A DNA stretch of 63,553 bases, counting the filler. It is 5 parts of 5 records of this genome, joined end to end, with 100 filler letters (N's around TTAATTAATTAA, not from the genome) between each part and the next. Parts side by side here need not be neighbours in the genome. Positions count along the whole stretch, not along the records: positions 17,202 to 34,583 come from SRR20825006_3075; positions 34,684 to 41,282 come from SRR20825006_3076; 3 more parts are not named here. The stretch is one strand, 5' to 3'. The notes under the pieces were generated by a model. The model saw only the letters and a list, made by a program, of their open reading frames with translations. It made no database searches and was not told the DNA's origin. Numbering within the stretch: the stretch's first letter is position 1; each line of letters starts with the position of its first letter. A program made the translations under genes and the position numbers. Positions 27,620 through 36,672 of this stretch are shown piece after piece.

Positions 27620-29206
27620 ATGCATGTCTTTATCGTCCACGGAGATCTCACGCGCATCGCCTGTGATGCATGGCTGATGCCTTGCGGCATCGACGCCAAG
27701 CCGGGCCCGCACTGGCTCACAGACATCGAGACGAACCCGTTCTTTCGCTGGCCTGCGCCGCCAGTGGACTGGTCGATCACAGGGCGCCGTTGCATCAAAC
27801 TCCACAGCGAACGACAGCGCGGCCACAACGGTTCTTTGCGTCCGATCCCATGGCTCGTGAACGTTGGCGGAGGTCGCCGCCAGGGGATCGAGTGGTTCGT
27901 CGATGGCGTGCGCGCGTTCATGGATTGCGTCGCTCAGGACGAGGAGTTGCAACAGCCCTTGCATGGCCGCGCCAGGCCGCTCGTCGCGCTCCCGATCGTG
28001 GGCACTGGATACGGCGGCGCGCGAATGCGCGCGGGTCTTGTTGTGCGCGCGCTGCTCCCCTGTCTATACGAGTGCGCCAGAGAGCATGGCATCGACATCG
28101 CGCTCGTGGTCAAGGATCAGGCGGACTACGCCGCCGCACAACGCGAGCGTTTGAGTTACCAACAGGCGGGCCAGCATCGCTGGCCAGAGCTCGGGAGAGG
28201 GTTGCGTGCGCGCGCGGAGAAGCTCGCCGAGCGAGCCTCCGCCGGTGAGTTGGTCGTGTTCCTCGGCTCAGGTGTCAGCCGTGGCGCTGGCTTACCCACC
28301 TGGGGCGAGTTCTTGCGCCAGCTCGCCGAGCAACCCGATCAACAGATGGAGATCGAGTGGGAGGAGCTCGCGCGGTGGAATTACACCGATCAGGCGCGCA
28401 TCATCGAGCGCGGGTTCGGCGGCAGAGAGCGCATGGGCGAGGCGATCGCGCGTTGCCTGAAGCGCCGCAACTACTCGCTCTCTCATGCATTCCTGGCGGG
28501 GTTGCCGACGCTCGAGACGGTCACCACCAACTATGACACGCTGTTCGAGATGGCGAGCGCATCGATCGACAAGCCCGTGGCAGTGCTCCCCTACGAGCCA
28601 GTGCGCCCAGAGGAGCGATGGATACTCAAGATGCACGGGTGCATCTCACACCCCGAGGACATCGTCCTCACGCGTGAGGATTACCTGCGTTACACGGAGC
28701 GCCGACGCGCGCTCGCTGGCATCGTGCAGGCGCTCCTGATCACCAAGCATATGATGTTTGTCGGGTTCTCGCTCGACGATGATAACTTCCACCGCATCGC
28801 TGATGATGTGCGCAAGATCGTGTGGGCGAACGAGCGCGGCGAGCCCTTCGGGACCTCGATCGTGCTCGATTCGAGGCCGTTTCTGGCGCAGATGTGGGAT
28901 GGTGAGATCGAGATGGTCGTTGTGGACGAGTCCGAGCAGGCGGGCGTTGCCACAAACACGGTGGGCGCGCTCGCCGAGCGAGCGCGCAAGCTCGAGATCT
29001 TCCTCGACTATCTGTTGGCGCAAGTCGCTGACCCGAATCACTTGCTCAACGCCCGCTTCGCGCACTTGCTGACCGAGGACGAGGCCGCGTTGAGCGATGC
29101 GCTCCACGCGTTTATCGCCTCGACGACGCCTCAGATGCGTCAGACGGCAGCCTGGGCAAAGATCCAGCGCTTGCTCACGGAGCTAGGCTGGAGTCCACGT
29201 CGCTGA
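27620..29206 (+). CDS. Macro-like domain fused to a SIR2-like (SIR2_2) domain
   Basis: N-terminal VHGDLT..ACDA and VALPIVGTGYGG (macro signatures); C-terminal FLGSGVS..AGLPTW, TTNYD, KMHG and FVGFSL.D (SIR2-like). Confidence 0.8.
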   Translation: MHVFIVHGDLTRIACDAWLMPCGIDAKPGPHWLTDIETNPFFRWPAPPVDWSITGRRCIKLHSERQRGHNGSLRPIPWLVNVGGGRRQGIEWFVDGVRAFMDCVAQDEELQQPLHGRARPLVALPIVGTGYGGARMRAGLVVRALLPCLYECAREHGIDIALVVKDQADYAAAQRERLSYQQAGQHRWPELGRGLRARAEKLAERASAGELVVFLGSGVSRGAGLPTWGEFLRQLAEQPDQQMEIEWEELARWNYTDQARIIERGFGGRERMGEAIARCLKRRNYSLSHAFLAGLPTLETVTTNYDTLFEMASASIDKPVAVLPYEPVRPEERWILKMHGCISHPEDIVLTREDYLRYTERRRALAGIVQALLITKHMMFVGFSLDDDNFHRIADDVRKIVWANERGEPFGTSIVLDSRPFLAQMWDGEIEMVVVDESEQAGVATNTVGALAERARKLEIFLDYLLAQVADPNHLLNARFAHLLTEDEAALSDALHAFIASTTPQMRQTAAWAKIQRLLTELGWSPRR

Positions 29207-31067
29207 CCTCTTCTCCAGGAGGATCGATGCTACGGAGCTTCTCGAGGAGATCCTTGCCCTTGAAAGGTTTGAGCAGCACGTGCGCCCTGGAGTCTTGCAA
29301 GAAGGCTCTCAGGTCCTCGTCGATCGCTCCCGCCAGGAAGATGATCCTGTCTTCATATCCTTGACCTGCGGCCGCGAGCCAGAACTCTTCGCCGGTCATG
29401 TCCACCATATCCAGCTCACACAAGATGTGCATGAATCGCTCGCCGCGCGCGAGCTTCTCGAGCGCGATCGAGGCGTTCGCGCAAAAGTGCGTCTCGTAGG
29501 CGCTGCCGAGCAATCTGCCTAGCGTTGGCCCGAGACCTAGCGCGTCCTCGACGATGAGCACGCGCTCCATCCCCTTGACGCCGATGCTCTCCGGGCGCTG
29601 CTCGTGCTCTCTGGGGAGTTGGATGCGCATGGTCGTGCCCGAAGGCGAGCTCTCCACGAGCTTTAGCTCGCCTTGATGGGCGGTGATGATCTGTTTGCTC
29701 AACGAGAGCCCCAGGCCGAGGCTCCCCTGGCGCTTTTTGGTCGTGATGTAGGGCGAGAAGAGCTGGCGTTGGATCTCCTCCGGGATGCCAGCTCCATTAT
29801 CCTGGACATCGATGATCACTTCGTCGGCTGTCGAGCTCACGGCGATTTTTATGGCGTTGCTCTGTCTGTGGCGCTGACCAAAGGATTGGGAGCTGTTGAG
29901 CAAGATATTGACCAGAACCTGGGTGAGCTGGGTGACGTTGCCAGAGACCTTCAGGTTCGCGTCGAATGGCGCGAGCTCGAGGTTGGCGTAACGCCTGACC
30001 TCGTACCCCGTCAGCGTGATCGCGTCCTGGATGATCTGCTCGATGGTGAGCGTCTCGAACTCGTGGCGCGAGAGCTCCGCGTCGGCGCGAGCGAAAGATC
30101 TCAGCCCATGAACGATCTTGCCGATCCTGTCAAAGCCTTCGCGAACGTCGCTGAGGATCTCTTCCACGTCCTGGTTGCGTTGCCCGAAGAAGAATTGGTG
30201 GCCGAGCATCTCGTGGAGCAGCTCGAGGTTGCCGTCGATGTAAGCGAGCGGGTTGTTGATCTCGTGAGCGATGCCCGCGGCGAGCATTCCCAGTGAGTCG
30301 AGCCTCTCGAGCTGGATGGCCCGGCTTCGGAGCTCTTTCTCCTCGGTGATATCTTGCATGATGCCGCAGAGCGCGACGGGGGCTCCGTCGATGTCGCGCT
30401 CGAGGTGCCCCTTCATGCGCACGAAGCGGATCTCTTCGTTGGGGTGTTCGAACTTGAGCTCGAAGTGAAACGGCTCCCCCTGCTCGGCGAGCGTCTCGAG
30501 GCTGCACGCGAGCGTCTCGCGCTCGTCTGCCTTGTACATCCTCATGATCGTTTCCATCGAGGGCCCCTTGTCCGCAACAGGGATGCCGTGGATGTGGAAC
30601 ATCTCATCGCTCCAGAGCATCTCCTCGAGCTCGAGGTCATAGCGCCAGTAGCCGATCCTGGCGATCGTCTCGATCATCGTCAGCAGACGCTGGCGGCCTT
30701 CGAGGATGCGGTTGGTGGTCTGGAGCGCGGTCACGTCTCGAGCGCAGGCGTAAATATGACCGCTCTCCATATCGCGATGAGCGTCCCAGAGGAGCCAGCG
30801 CCAGCTCCCATCATTTTTGCGGTGACGCGATTCGAAGGTGAGGATGTCATCCTCGGTCTCGAGCTCCGCGAGCCGCTCCATGACCTCCTTGGCGTCATCC
30901 GGGTGGATGTAGTCCTTGCACGGATTACCGAGCATCTCCTCTCGCTTCCACCCGAGCACCTGCGACCAGTTATCGCTTAGCCACGCGATCGTTCCATCTT
31001 TCTCGAGGACCAGAAACAGAGAGGTGCCGCGTTGGTAGAACTGCTCGAAGTGAGGATCGATCGGCAC
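29175..31067 (-). CDS. Cytoplasmic PAS-PAS hybrid histidine kinase with atypical receiver
   Basis: Two PAS/PAC domains, AHEINNPL H-box, N/G1/F/G2 boxes, C-terminal REC (VLIVED...LLKPF). Confidence 0.92.
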   Translation of the reverse strand: MPIDPHFEQFYQRGTSLFLVLEKDGTIAWLSDNWSQVLGWKREEMLGNPCKDYIHPDDAKEVMERLAELETEDDILTFESRHRKNDGSWRWLLWDAHRDMESGHIYACARDVTALQTTNRILEGRQRLLTMIETIARIGYWRYDLELEEMLWSDEMFHIHGIPVADKGPSMETIMRMYKADERETLACSLETLAEQGEPFHFELKFEHPNEEIRFVRMKGHLERDIDGAPVALCGIMQDITEEKELRSRAIQLERLDSLGMLAAGIAHEINNPLAYIDGNLELLHEMLGHQFFFGQRNQDVEEILSDVREGFDRIGKIVHGLRSFARADAELSRHEFETLTIEQIIQDAITLTGYEVRRYANLELAPFDANLKVSGNVTQLTQVLVNILLNSSQSFGQRHRQSNAIKIAVSSTADEVIIDVQDNGAGIPEEIQRQLFSPYITTKKRQGSLGLGLSLSKQIITAHQGELKLVESSPSGTTMRIQLPREHEQRPESIGVKGMERVLIVEDALGLGPTLGRLLGSAYETHFCANASIALEKLARGERFMHILCELDMVDMTGEEFWLAAAGQGYEDRIIFLAGAIDEDLRAFLQDSRAHVLLKPFKGKDLLEKLRSIDPPGEEVSDVDSSLAP

Positions 31068-31183
31068 GAACGCCTCCCGGCGGCCAGTAAAACAGAGCGG
31101 TAATGGATGGAGTTACACTGCTGCTGTTATTTTTGCCTTTTCGCGGACAGATGAGCAAGCTCCATCTGGCGAGGAGCCTGTTA

Positions 31184-32026
31184 TCATGTGCGCGTGATCA
31201 CGCCGTCGAGGCTCCCCCACGCCTCTTCGAAGGATTCGAGCAGGAGGTTCTTGATCGCGGCCTCATCTGGAGAGTGCGGGATGACGTCGGTTTGTTCATA
31301 GACGGCATCGAGCTCCTTCTCTTTTTGCTCGAAGTAGGCTTCGACCTGTTCCTGCGTCCACTCGCCGCTGCGGATCTCGATCAGGCGATTCTTGCTCGCC
31401 TGCAAGTCGAGGTCTCCGCCCGTGAGGATCTGCTCGGCCTCGTCCATCAGCCGCACCGCGTGGTAGGCGAACTTCACGTCAAAGCCAAACTTCTCCACGA
31501 GCGCCACTCGCTTTCCTTCCGGCTCCTTGTTCTTCATCTTGTGGACCTGCGAGTAGGCGAAGCCGCGAAACTTGTGCCAGGCGCCCTTGTGCAGGAACAG
31601 GCTCCGATGTTCTCGGATGCGCTTGGCGATCGGGCTCGCGTAACGCACGCACGAGTCGGGCGTGAAGAGTGACTCGAGCATGTTCGGGTTGTTCTCCATG
31701 CAGAGCCCGAAGTAGCGCACGATCGAATACACCGTGAGATCCCAGACGAGCTCCTCTCCATCGCGAATGCCGTGTTGTTGATACTGCTCGAAGTTCTTCT
31801 TCTGCCTCCCGAACCCAGGGATATCACCGCGCAGGTGGGTGAAGATCATCTCCTTTGGCGGGATGCAGAACCCGTAGATGTCGACATCCGAGCTCGACTG
31901 CGCGACGCCATAGGCGACCGAGCCGACCTCGGTCTCGTAATGGACGCACCCTTCCTTGACGAGGAACTTTGGCGGCGAGATGAGCTTTCGTTGGTGGAGC
32001 GTTCGGGTGACGGTCTCGGCGGCCAT
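31184..32026 (-). CDS. DNA polymerase-beta superfamily nucleotidyltransferase (RlaP/YcgL-like)
   Basis: GSVAYG....SSDVD, NNPN.LE.LF, G.D.K.A.H.VRL and L..IR.G motifs; AAGGAG RBS before ATG 32026. Confidence 0.85.
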   Translation of the reverse strand: MAAETVTRTLHQRKLISPPKFLVKEGCVHYETEVGSVAYGVAQSSSDVDIYGFCIPPKEMIFTHLRGDIPGFGRQKKNFEQYQQHGIRDGEELVWDLTVYSIVRYFGLCMENNPNMLESLFTPDSCVRYASPIAKRIREHRSLFLHKGAWHKFRGFAYSQVHKMKNKEPEGKRVALVEKFGFDVKFAYHAVRLMDEAEQILTGGDLDLQASKNRLIEIRSGEWTQEQVEAYFEQKEKELDAVYEQTDVIPHSPDEAAIKNLLLESFEEAWGSLDGVITRT

Positions 32027-32289
32027 GGGAGGTCTCCTTTTATCGCGAGTGATGGGGCGTTTCATTCGGGGGACTTGCAACCTCTCTCACACCTCGAGCT
32101 ATTCCGTCGAGGGTGTCATGGCGTGACTTGAAGACATATCGAGGCGTCGATATCCTCGATATGTCGCGCACTCGGGGGAGCACGACGTGCATCTTCAGAG
32201 CGGAGCTCGGAGAGGATCGTTCCGGCCACACCAAAAGCGCTGGTGCTCTCGAGCTCGCTCGAACAGTCCATGAAAGAGGGTTGGAGGTT

Positions 32290-32793
32290 ATGGCAAGACC
32301 GACAAAAGAACTTATCGACGCGCTCCACGAAACCATCGCTCGCGTTGCCGATGGCGCCAACTATCAGTGGGGCAATATGGGGGCGTGCAACTGCGGTCAC
32401 TTGGTGCAATCGCTCACAAAGCTCGACCGCGCGACGATCCACGCCGCCGCGCTCCAGCGCGCTGGCGACTGGGGACAGCAGGCGGTCGACTACTGCTCGA
32501 CCAGCGGTTATCCGCTCGATCACATCATCTCCACGGTCCTCGACGCGGGGATGACGCTGGCAGACATCGAACATCTCGAGCGACTCAACGGACCCGAGGT
32601 TCTGCAGCGTCTGCCGAGGGAGCGACGTTGGTTAAAGCGCAACTCGCGCGAGGACCTCTTGTTGTACTTGCAGACCTGGGTGGCGCTCCTCGAAGAGCAG
32701 CTCGCGTCGTTGCCGACACCGCTTCCCATCGAGAAGAAGCAGCGAGGCGTGTCCGAGGCATCCGAAGATTCCCAGATCAAGCAAGCCGGCTGA
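32290..32793 (+). CDS. Hypothetical protein with a YQWG..G.CNCGHL motif
   Basis: GGAGG RBS before ATG 32290; Cys/His motif suggests metal binding; function unknown. Confidence 0.7.
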   Translation: MARPTKELIDALHETIARVADGANYQWGNMGACNCGHLVQSLTKLDRATIHAAALQRAGDWGQQAVDYCSTSGYPLDHIISTVLDAGMTLADIEHLERLNGPEVLQRLPRERRWLKRNSREDLLLYLQTWVALLEEQLASLPTPLPIEKKQRGVSEASEDSQIKQAG

Positions 32794-32950
32794 ACCTGCC
32801 GCGCAGGCGCATGAAACAAGGGGGAGCGCCTCTGTTTGTTTGGTGTTTGATCGCGATGCGATAAAGGTTGTCTGTGGATTTTGCTTCTCGTGGCTTCTCA
32901 TCGGCCTAGAATCCAGATCGTGAGGTCGGATTTTTAGGAAGAGGTCGGTC

Positions 32951-34477
32951 ATGGATAAGAGCGCATCAGAATTGTTCGAGGATTTCGAGGCTCGCTTCGT
33001 GGGGCTCGGGAAGAAGAAACTCCCCACCTTTCTCACACATGACGAGCTCCCTGCGCTACACATTCAGGGCACGAGCGATCCTGTCGACGAGGTGATCGTG
33101 CGCGGGGTTGTCCAGGCGTTCGTCAAGAAGCGCACGTCGTTCTACGACCTGTTTCGAGACATCTTCGTGCGTGATGACGCGGACGCGTTCGCGCTGTCAG
33201 CGCTCGAGATGTGGGAGAAGCAAGGCTCCTTCCATATGCGGTATGGGTGGATGACCGAGCTTCTGGCGACGCTCGGGGGCGATCACACCGCCATAGAGCT
33301 CGAGCGCCACCTGCAAAAATGGCAAAAGCGCAATGACACATGGCGCAAGCGCGCCATCGCTTCGATGTATGTGCTCGAGCGAATCGACACGCCGACTTCA
33401 CTGATGGCGCTCGTGGGGCTGACGCAGCGCCAGGAGCGCCCTTCTGTTTATGACGAGGCGGTGCGACAGCTGCACCGCGCGGCGTCGAGCAGGAAGTTGG
33501 GTTGGGAGACGCTCTCGGATCAGGTCGTCCCGACCTGTGGTCTGGATATGCGCGGCACGCGCGTCTTCGAGCTGGGGCAGCGTTCGCTGGGGGTCATCCT
33601 CGATGAGGAGTTTGTCCCGAGGTTGCGCGGCGAGGATCGCGAACTCCTCGATGAGATCCCTGCGCGCGAGGAGGGGGATGATTCGGAGCGTTATGAGGAG
33701 GCGGTGAGCGCCTGGGGGTTGATGCGCGAGCAGCTCGTCGACGTGCTCGATATCCAGACGCGGCGTATGGAGCACGCGATGGTGTCCGGGCGCCGCTGGA
33801 AGCCGCAGGATTGGAAGACATACATTTTGGAGCATCCGCTCATGATCAACTTCGCCAGGCGCCTGGTCTGGGGGAGCTTCGATCATCAAGGGGAGCTGGT
33901 CAGCACGTTTCGCGCGACCGAGGATCATTCGCTGATGAATGTCGAGGATGACGAGGTCGAGCTCGACATGTCGTGTGACGTCGGGATTCTGCACCCGGCG
34001 GATTTGCCGGATAAAGAGCTCCAGGACTGGGCTCAGTCATTCGCAGAGTACGAACTCTTCTCGCCATTCCAACAGCTCGATCGCCTCGTGATCCGCCCTC
34101 CCAGTGAGAAGAGTAAGCGAAAGACTCTCACCAAATACGCCGATGATACCTTTAACGAGGGCGCCCTGAGGCGCATGATGAAGGAGGAGATGTGGCGCCG
34201 AGAGACAGGGTCGGGGCGTCAGCGTCGCTACTTCTACAAGGATCTCGAGGGTGATGGCGTCAGCGTTCGCGCTTACGTGGATCTTTCTCCTGGTCTGAGC
34301 GCGGGGGGCGCGGGGTATGATCCTGATCAGACGATCCCCAAGGTTCGCTTCGAGAGCCTCGGGGATGGGAAGCACGCGAAGTTTGACAGTCTGATGTTGA
34401 AAGATGTCCCCGACGTGGCGTTTAGCGAGGCGTGTCGGTTTGTCGAGATGGTCAAGCTCGCGCAAGAGGATAGGTGA
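32951..34477 (+). CDS. DUF4132 domain protein
   Basis: L.D..VP.CGLD..G, R.E.AM..GRRW, HPL....ARRLVW, HP..L....W......YE..PF.QL.R and FSEA.R motifs. Confidence 0.85.
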   Translation: MDKSASELFEDFEARFVGLGKKKLPTFLTHDELPALHIQGTSDPVDEVIVRGVVQAFVKKRTSFYDLFRDIFVRDDADAFALSALEMWEKQGSFHMRYGWMTELLATLGGDHTAIELERHLQKWQKRNDTWRKRAIASMYVLERIDTPTSLMALVGLTQRQERPSVYDEAVRQLHRAASSRKLGWETLSDQVVPTCGLDMRGTRVFELGQRSLGVILDEEFVPRLRGEDRELLDEIPAREEGDDSERYEEAVSAWGLMREQLVDVLDIQTRRMEHAMVSGRRWKPQDWKTYILEHPLMINFARRLVWGSFDHQGELVSTFRATEDHSLMNVEDDEVELDMSCDVGILHPADLPDKELQDWAQSFAEYELFSPFQQLDRLVIRPPSEKSKRKTLTKYADDTFNEGALRRMMKEEMWRRETGSGRQRRYFYKDLEGDGVSVRAYVDLSPGLSAGGAGYDPDQTIPKVRFESLGDGKHAKFDSLMLKDVPDVAFSEACRFVEMVKLAQEDR

Positions 34478-34482
34478 AGGTG

Positions 34483-34583
34483 ATGGGACGTCGGCATCTG
34501 TTTGTGGTGATGGTCGCGGTTTTCGCGCTCCTTTGTTGGAGCGGCTGCGCCGAGCGAGGACCAATGGGGGAGGCGCAGCAGCG
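34483..34583 (+). CDS. Start of a probable lipoprotein (truncated)
   Basis: MGRRHLFVVMVAVFALLCWSGC signal/lipobox-like sequence running into the spacer. Confidence 0.45.
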
Positions 34584-34683
34584 NNNNNNNNNNNNNNNNN
34601 NNNNNNNNNNNNNNNNNNNNNNNNNNNTTAATTAATTAANNNNNNNNNNNNNNNNNNNNNNNNNNNNNNNNNNNNNNNNNNNN
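34584..34683. other. Artificial contig spacer
   Basis: N44-TTAATTAATTAA-N44. Confidence 0.99.
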
Positions 34684-34684
34684 T

Positions 34685-34855
34685 ATCAAATCGACCAATC
34701 ACTTCTACGATGCGTTCGCCAAGATCGCGGGCGAGATCATTTATGTCGATGTCCACGGACCTTATCCGTCCGATCCGAAAACCAATGGATATCGTCATCT
34801 GACACGCCCGATATGGCCGATTGTTGATGACCCGTTTGCGGCAATTGCAAGCTGA
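34685..34855 (+). CDS. C-terminus of an M81/MlrC family metallopeptidase
   Basis: Manual translation IKSTNHFYDAF...GPY......Y.HL.RPIWP, typical of the MlrC C-terminus. Confidence 0.75.
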   Translation: MKSTNHFYDAFAKIAGEIIYVDVHGPYPSDPKTNGYRHLTRPIWPIVDDPFAAIAS

Positions 34856-34893
34856 TTGCTGCCACCACCTGATTTGATAAGGACGCTGCCCCG

Positions 34894-35964
34894 ATGACCG
34901 GAATGCCCCAATATCCCGAACTTGATACGCCGTGCGCGGTTGTTGATCTTGATATCGTTGACCGAAATATCGAAAGCTATCAGGCCTATTGCGACAAACA
35001 CGGGATCGGGCTGCGTCCGCATATCAAAACCCATAAAATTCCGGCCTTCGCCGCCCAGCAGATGAAGGCCGGGGCGATTGGCATCACCTGCCAGAAAATC
35101 GGCGAGGCCGAGGTAATGGCAGATGCAGGGCTGGATGATATTCTTCTGACCTATAACGTATTGGGCGAACGCAAACTGGCCCGTCTGCGGGCCTTGTTTG
35201 ACCGGATCAAAAGCCTGCGCGTGGTGGCCGACAATGCGGTTGTGGTCGAAGGATTGTCCAGGGCCTTTGCCGACAGTGCCAAGCCGCTTGAAATTCTGAT
35301 CGAATGCGATACCGGTGGCGGACGTTGCGGGGTGCAAAACCCGGCAGAGGCCGTTGAACTGGCAAAGAAAATTCAATCGCTTCCGGGCGTGAAATTTATC
35401 GGTCTGATGACCTATCCGGCGACCGGTGGTGGTGCCAAGGTTGAGGCATTTTTCACCACGGCCATGAAGGAACTGGATGCGATTGGCCTTGAATGCCCAG
35501 TGCGCAGTTCCGGTGGGACGCCCGATATGTGGTTGGCCCATGAAGTGCCGTCTGTGACCGAACATCGCATCGGGACTTATATTTATAATGACCGATCCCT
35601 GATGGCGCGTGGGGTTTGCAAGGAAGATGATTGTGCGCTTCGGGTTTTGACGGAAATCGTATCCTTGCCAACGCCGGGCCGGGCGATCATTGATGCCGGG
35701 TCAAAGGTTCTGACATCCGATTTGCTGGGCCTTGACGGATACGGCTATGTCGTGGGGCATCCCGATGTTGCGGTCAAGGCTCTGTCCGAGGAACACGGCA
35801 TTTTGCATTTCGATCCGGCGACAAAACCGTTTGAAATCGGCCAGCGGATCGAAATCATCCCGAATCATGTCTGCGTTGTCAGTAACATGCTGGATCAGGT
35901 GCATCTGGTGCGTAATGGCGATATCGAAACGGTTGATGTTGCCGCGCGTGGTTGCGTGCTGTAA
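34894..35964 (+). CDS. D-threonine aldolase/DSD1 family PLP enzyme (fold III)
   Basis: RPHIKTHK (PLP Lys), RCGV, GGTP, DAGSK, SEEHG and PNHVC motifs. Confidence 0.92.
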   Translation: MTGMPQYPELDTPCAVVDLDIVDRNIESYQAYCDKHGIGLRPHIKTHKIPAFAAQQMKAGAIGITCQKIGEAEVMADAGLDDILLTYNVLGERKLARLRALFDRIKSLRVVADNAVVVEGLSRAFADSAKPLEILIECDTGGGRCGVQNPAEAVELAKKIQSLPGVKFIGLMTYPATGGGAKVEAFFTTAMKELDAIGLECPVRSSGGTPDMWLAHEVPSVTEHRIGTYIYNDRSLMARGVCKEDDCALRVLTEIVSLPTPGRAIIDAGSKVLTSDLLGLDGYGYVVGHPDVAVKALSEEHGILHFDPATKPFEIGQRIEIIPNHVCVVSNMLDQVHLVRNGDIETVDVAARGCVL

Positions 35965-35975
35965 GGCAAGCGTAT

Positions 35976-36470
35976 CTATGCCGGGTCGTGATTGGGCAGA
36001 TAGCCGGTGAAACCGGTAATCAGCCATTTTCCATCGATCTGTTTTTCGCAGTAATAATGGGTTTTCCAAAGCAGACGGTCGGTTGATCCGTCTGCTTTTT
36101 TTATGGTGCCGTTGAAATGTTTGCGCACCAGTGCACGATTGCCGGTGATATCGATTTTCGAAAGGTCGGTGGCACGAAAAACGCCGTCAAACAGGTCTTC
36201 GGCATAATCGATTTCCTGTGCGACAATCGCCTGACGCAGCCATTCGTCACGATAGGCTGCCAGATCGGGAAACATCATTTTCCAGTCATCCGGATCGTCG
36301 GATTTACAGGCATCAATCGCGTAAAAACCGTCTGCCTTGAAGTCATCTTGCACCATGGACCAGTCGGCCGCGACAAAGGCCGCGATGTCGCGTGGCACCA
36401 GCATTTCCCAAATCTGATTACGATCCGCATCATCGGCGGGGAACGGGCTTTGGATATTGCGGTTGCTCAT
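35976..36470 (-). CDS. NTF2/SnoaL-like hypothetical protein
   Basis: IWEMLV.RDI.AF..ADW, terminal W.ITGF.GYLP. Confidence 0.65.
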   Translation of the reverse strand: MSNRNIQSPFPADDADRNQIWEMLVPRDIAAFVAADWSMVQDDFKADGFYAIDACKSDDPDDWKMMFPDLAAYRDEWLRQAIVAQEIDYAEDLFDGVFRATDLSKIDITGNRALVRKHFNGTIKKADGSTDRLLWKTHYYCEKQIDGKWLITGFTGYLPNHDPA

Positions 36471-36672
36471 GGTCTATCCGGCTGATTTTAAAATTGATTT
36501 TCGATATTCTGCCATTGCCTTTCAGGTCTTGCAATCACGACCGCATTTGTATCGCATTGCGTGATGGATTTGTGCGTAGCGTTTGCAAAAACCTGAAAAA
36601 TAAAGAAAGATTATCGGACAGGTTTGATCTGCCGATAATAATTCCGGTCCGGGCAACGCAAACGAGGTTCAG

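Noticed and set aside
3277-33994. Many long antisense or alternate-frame ORFs (e.g. 3277-4200, 12358-13386, 19742-20935, 25403-26692)
   Set aside because: Expected shadows of real genes in high-GC DNA; no motifs and biased Arg/Ala/Pro composition.
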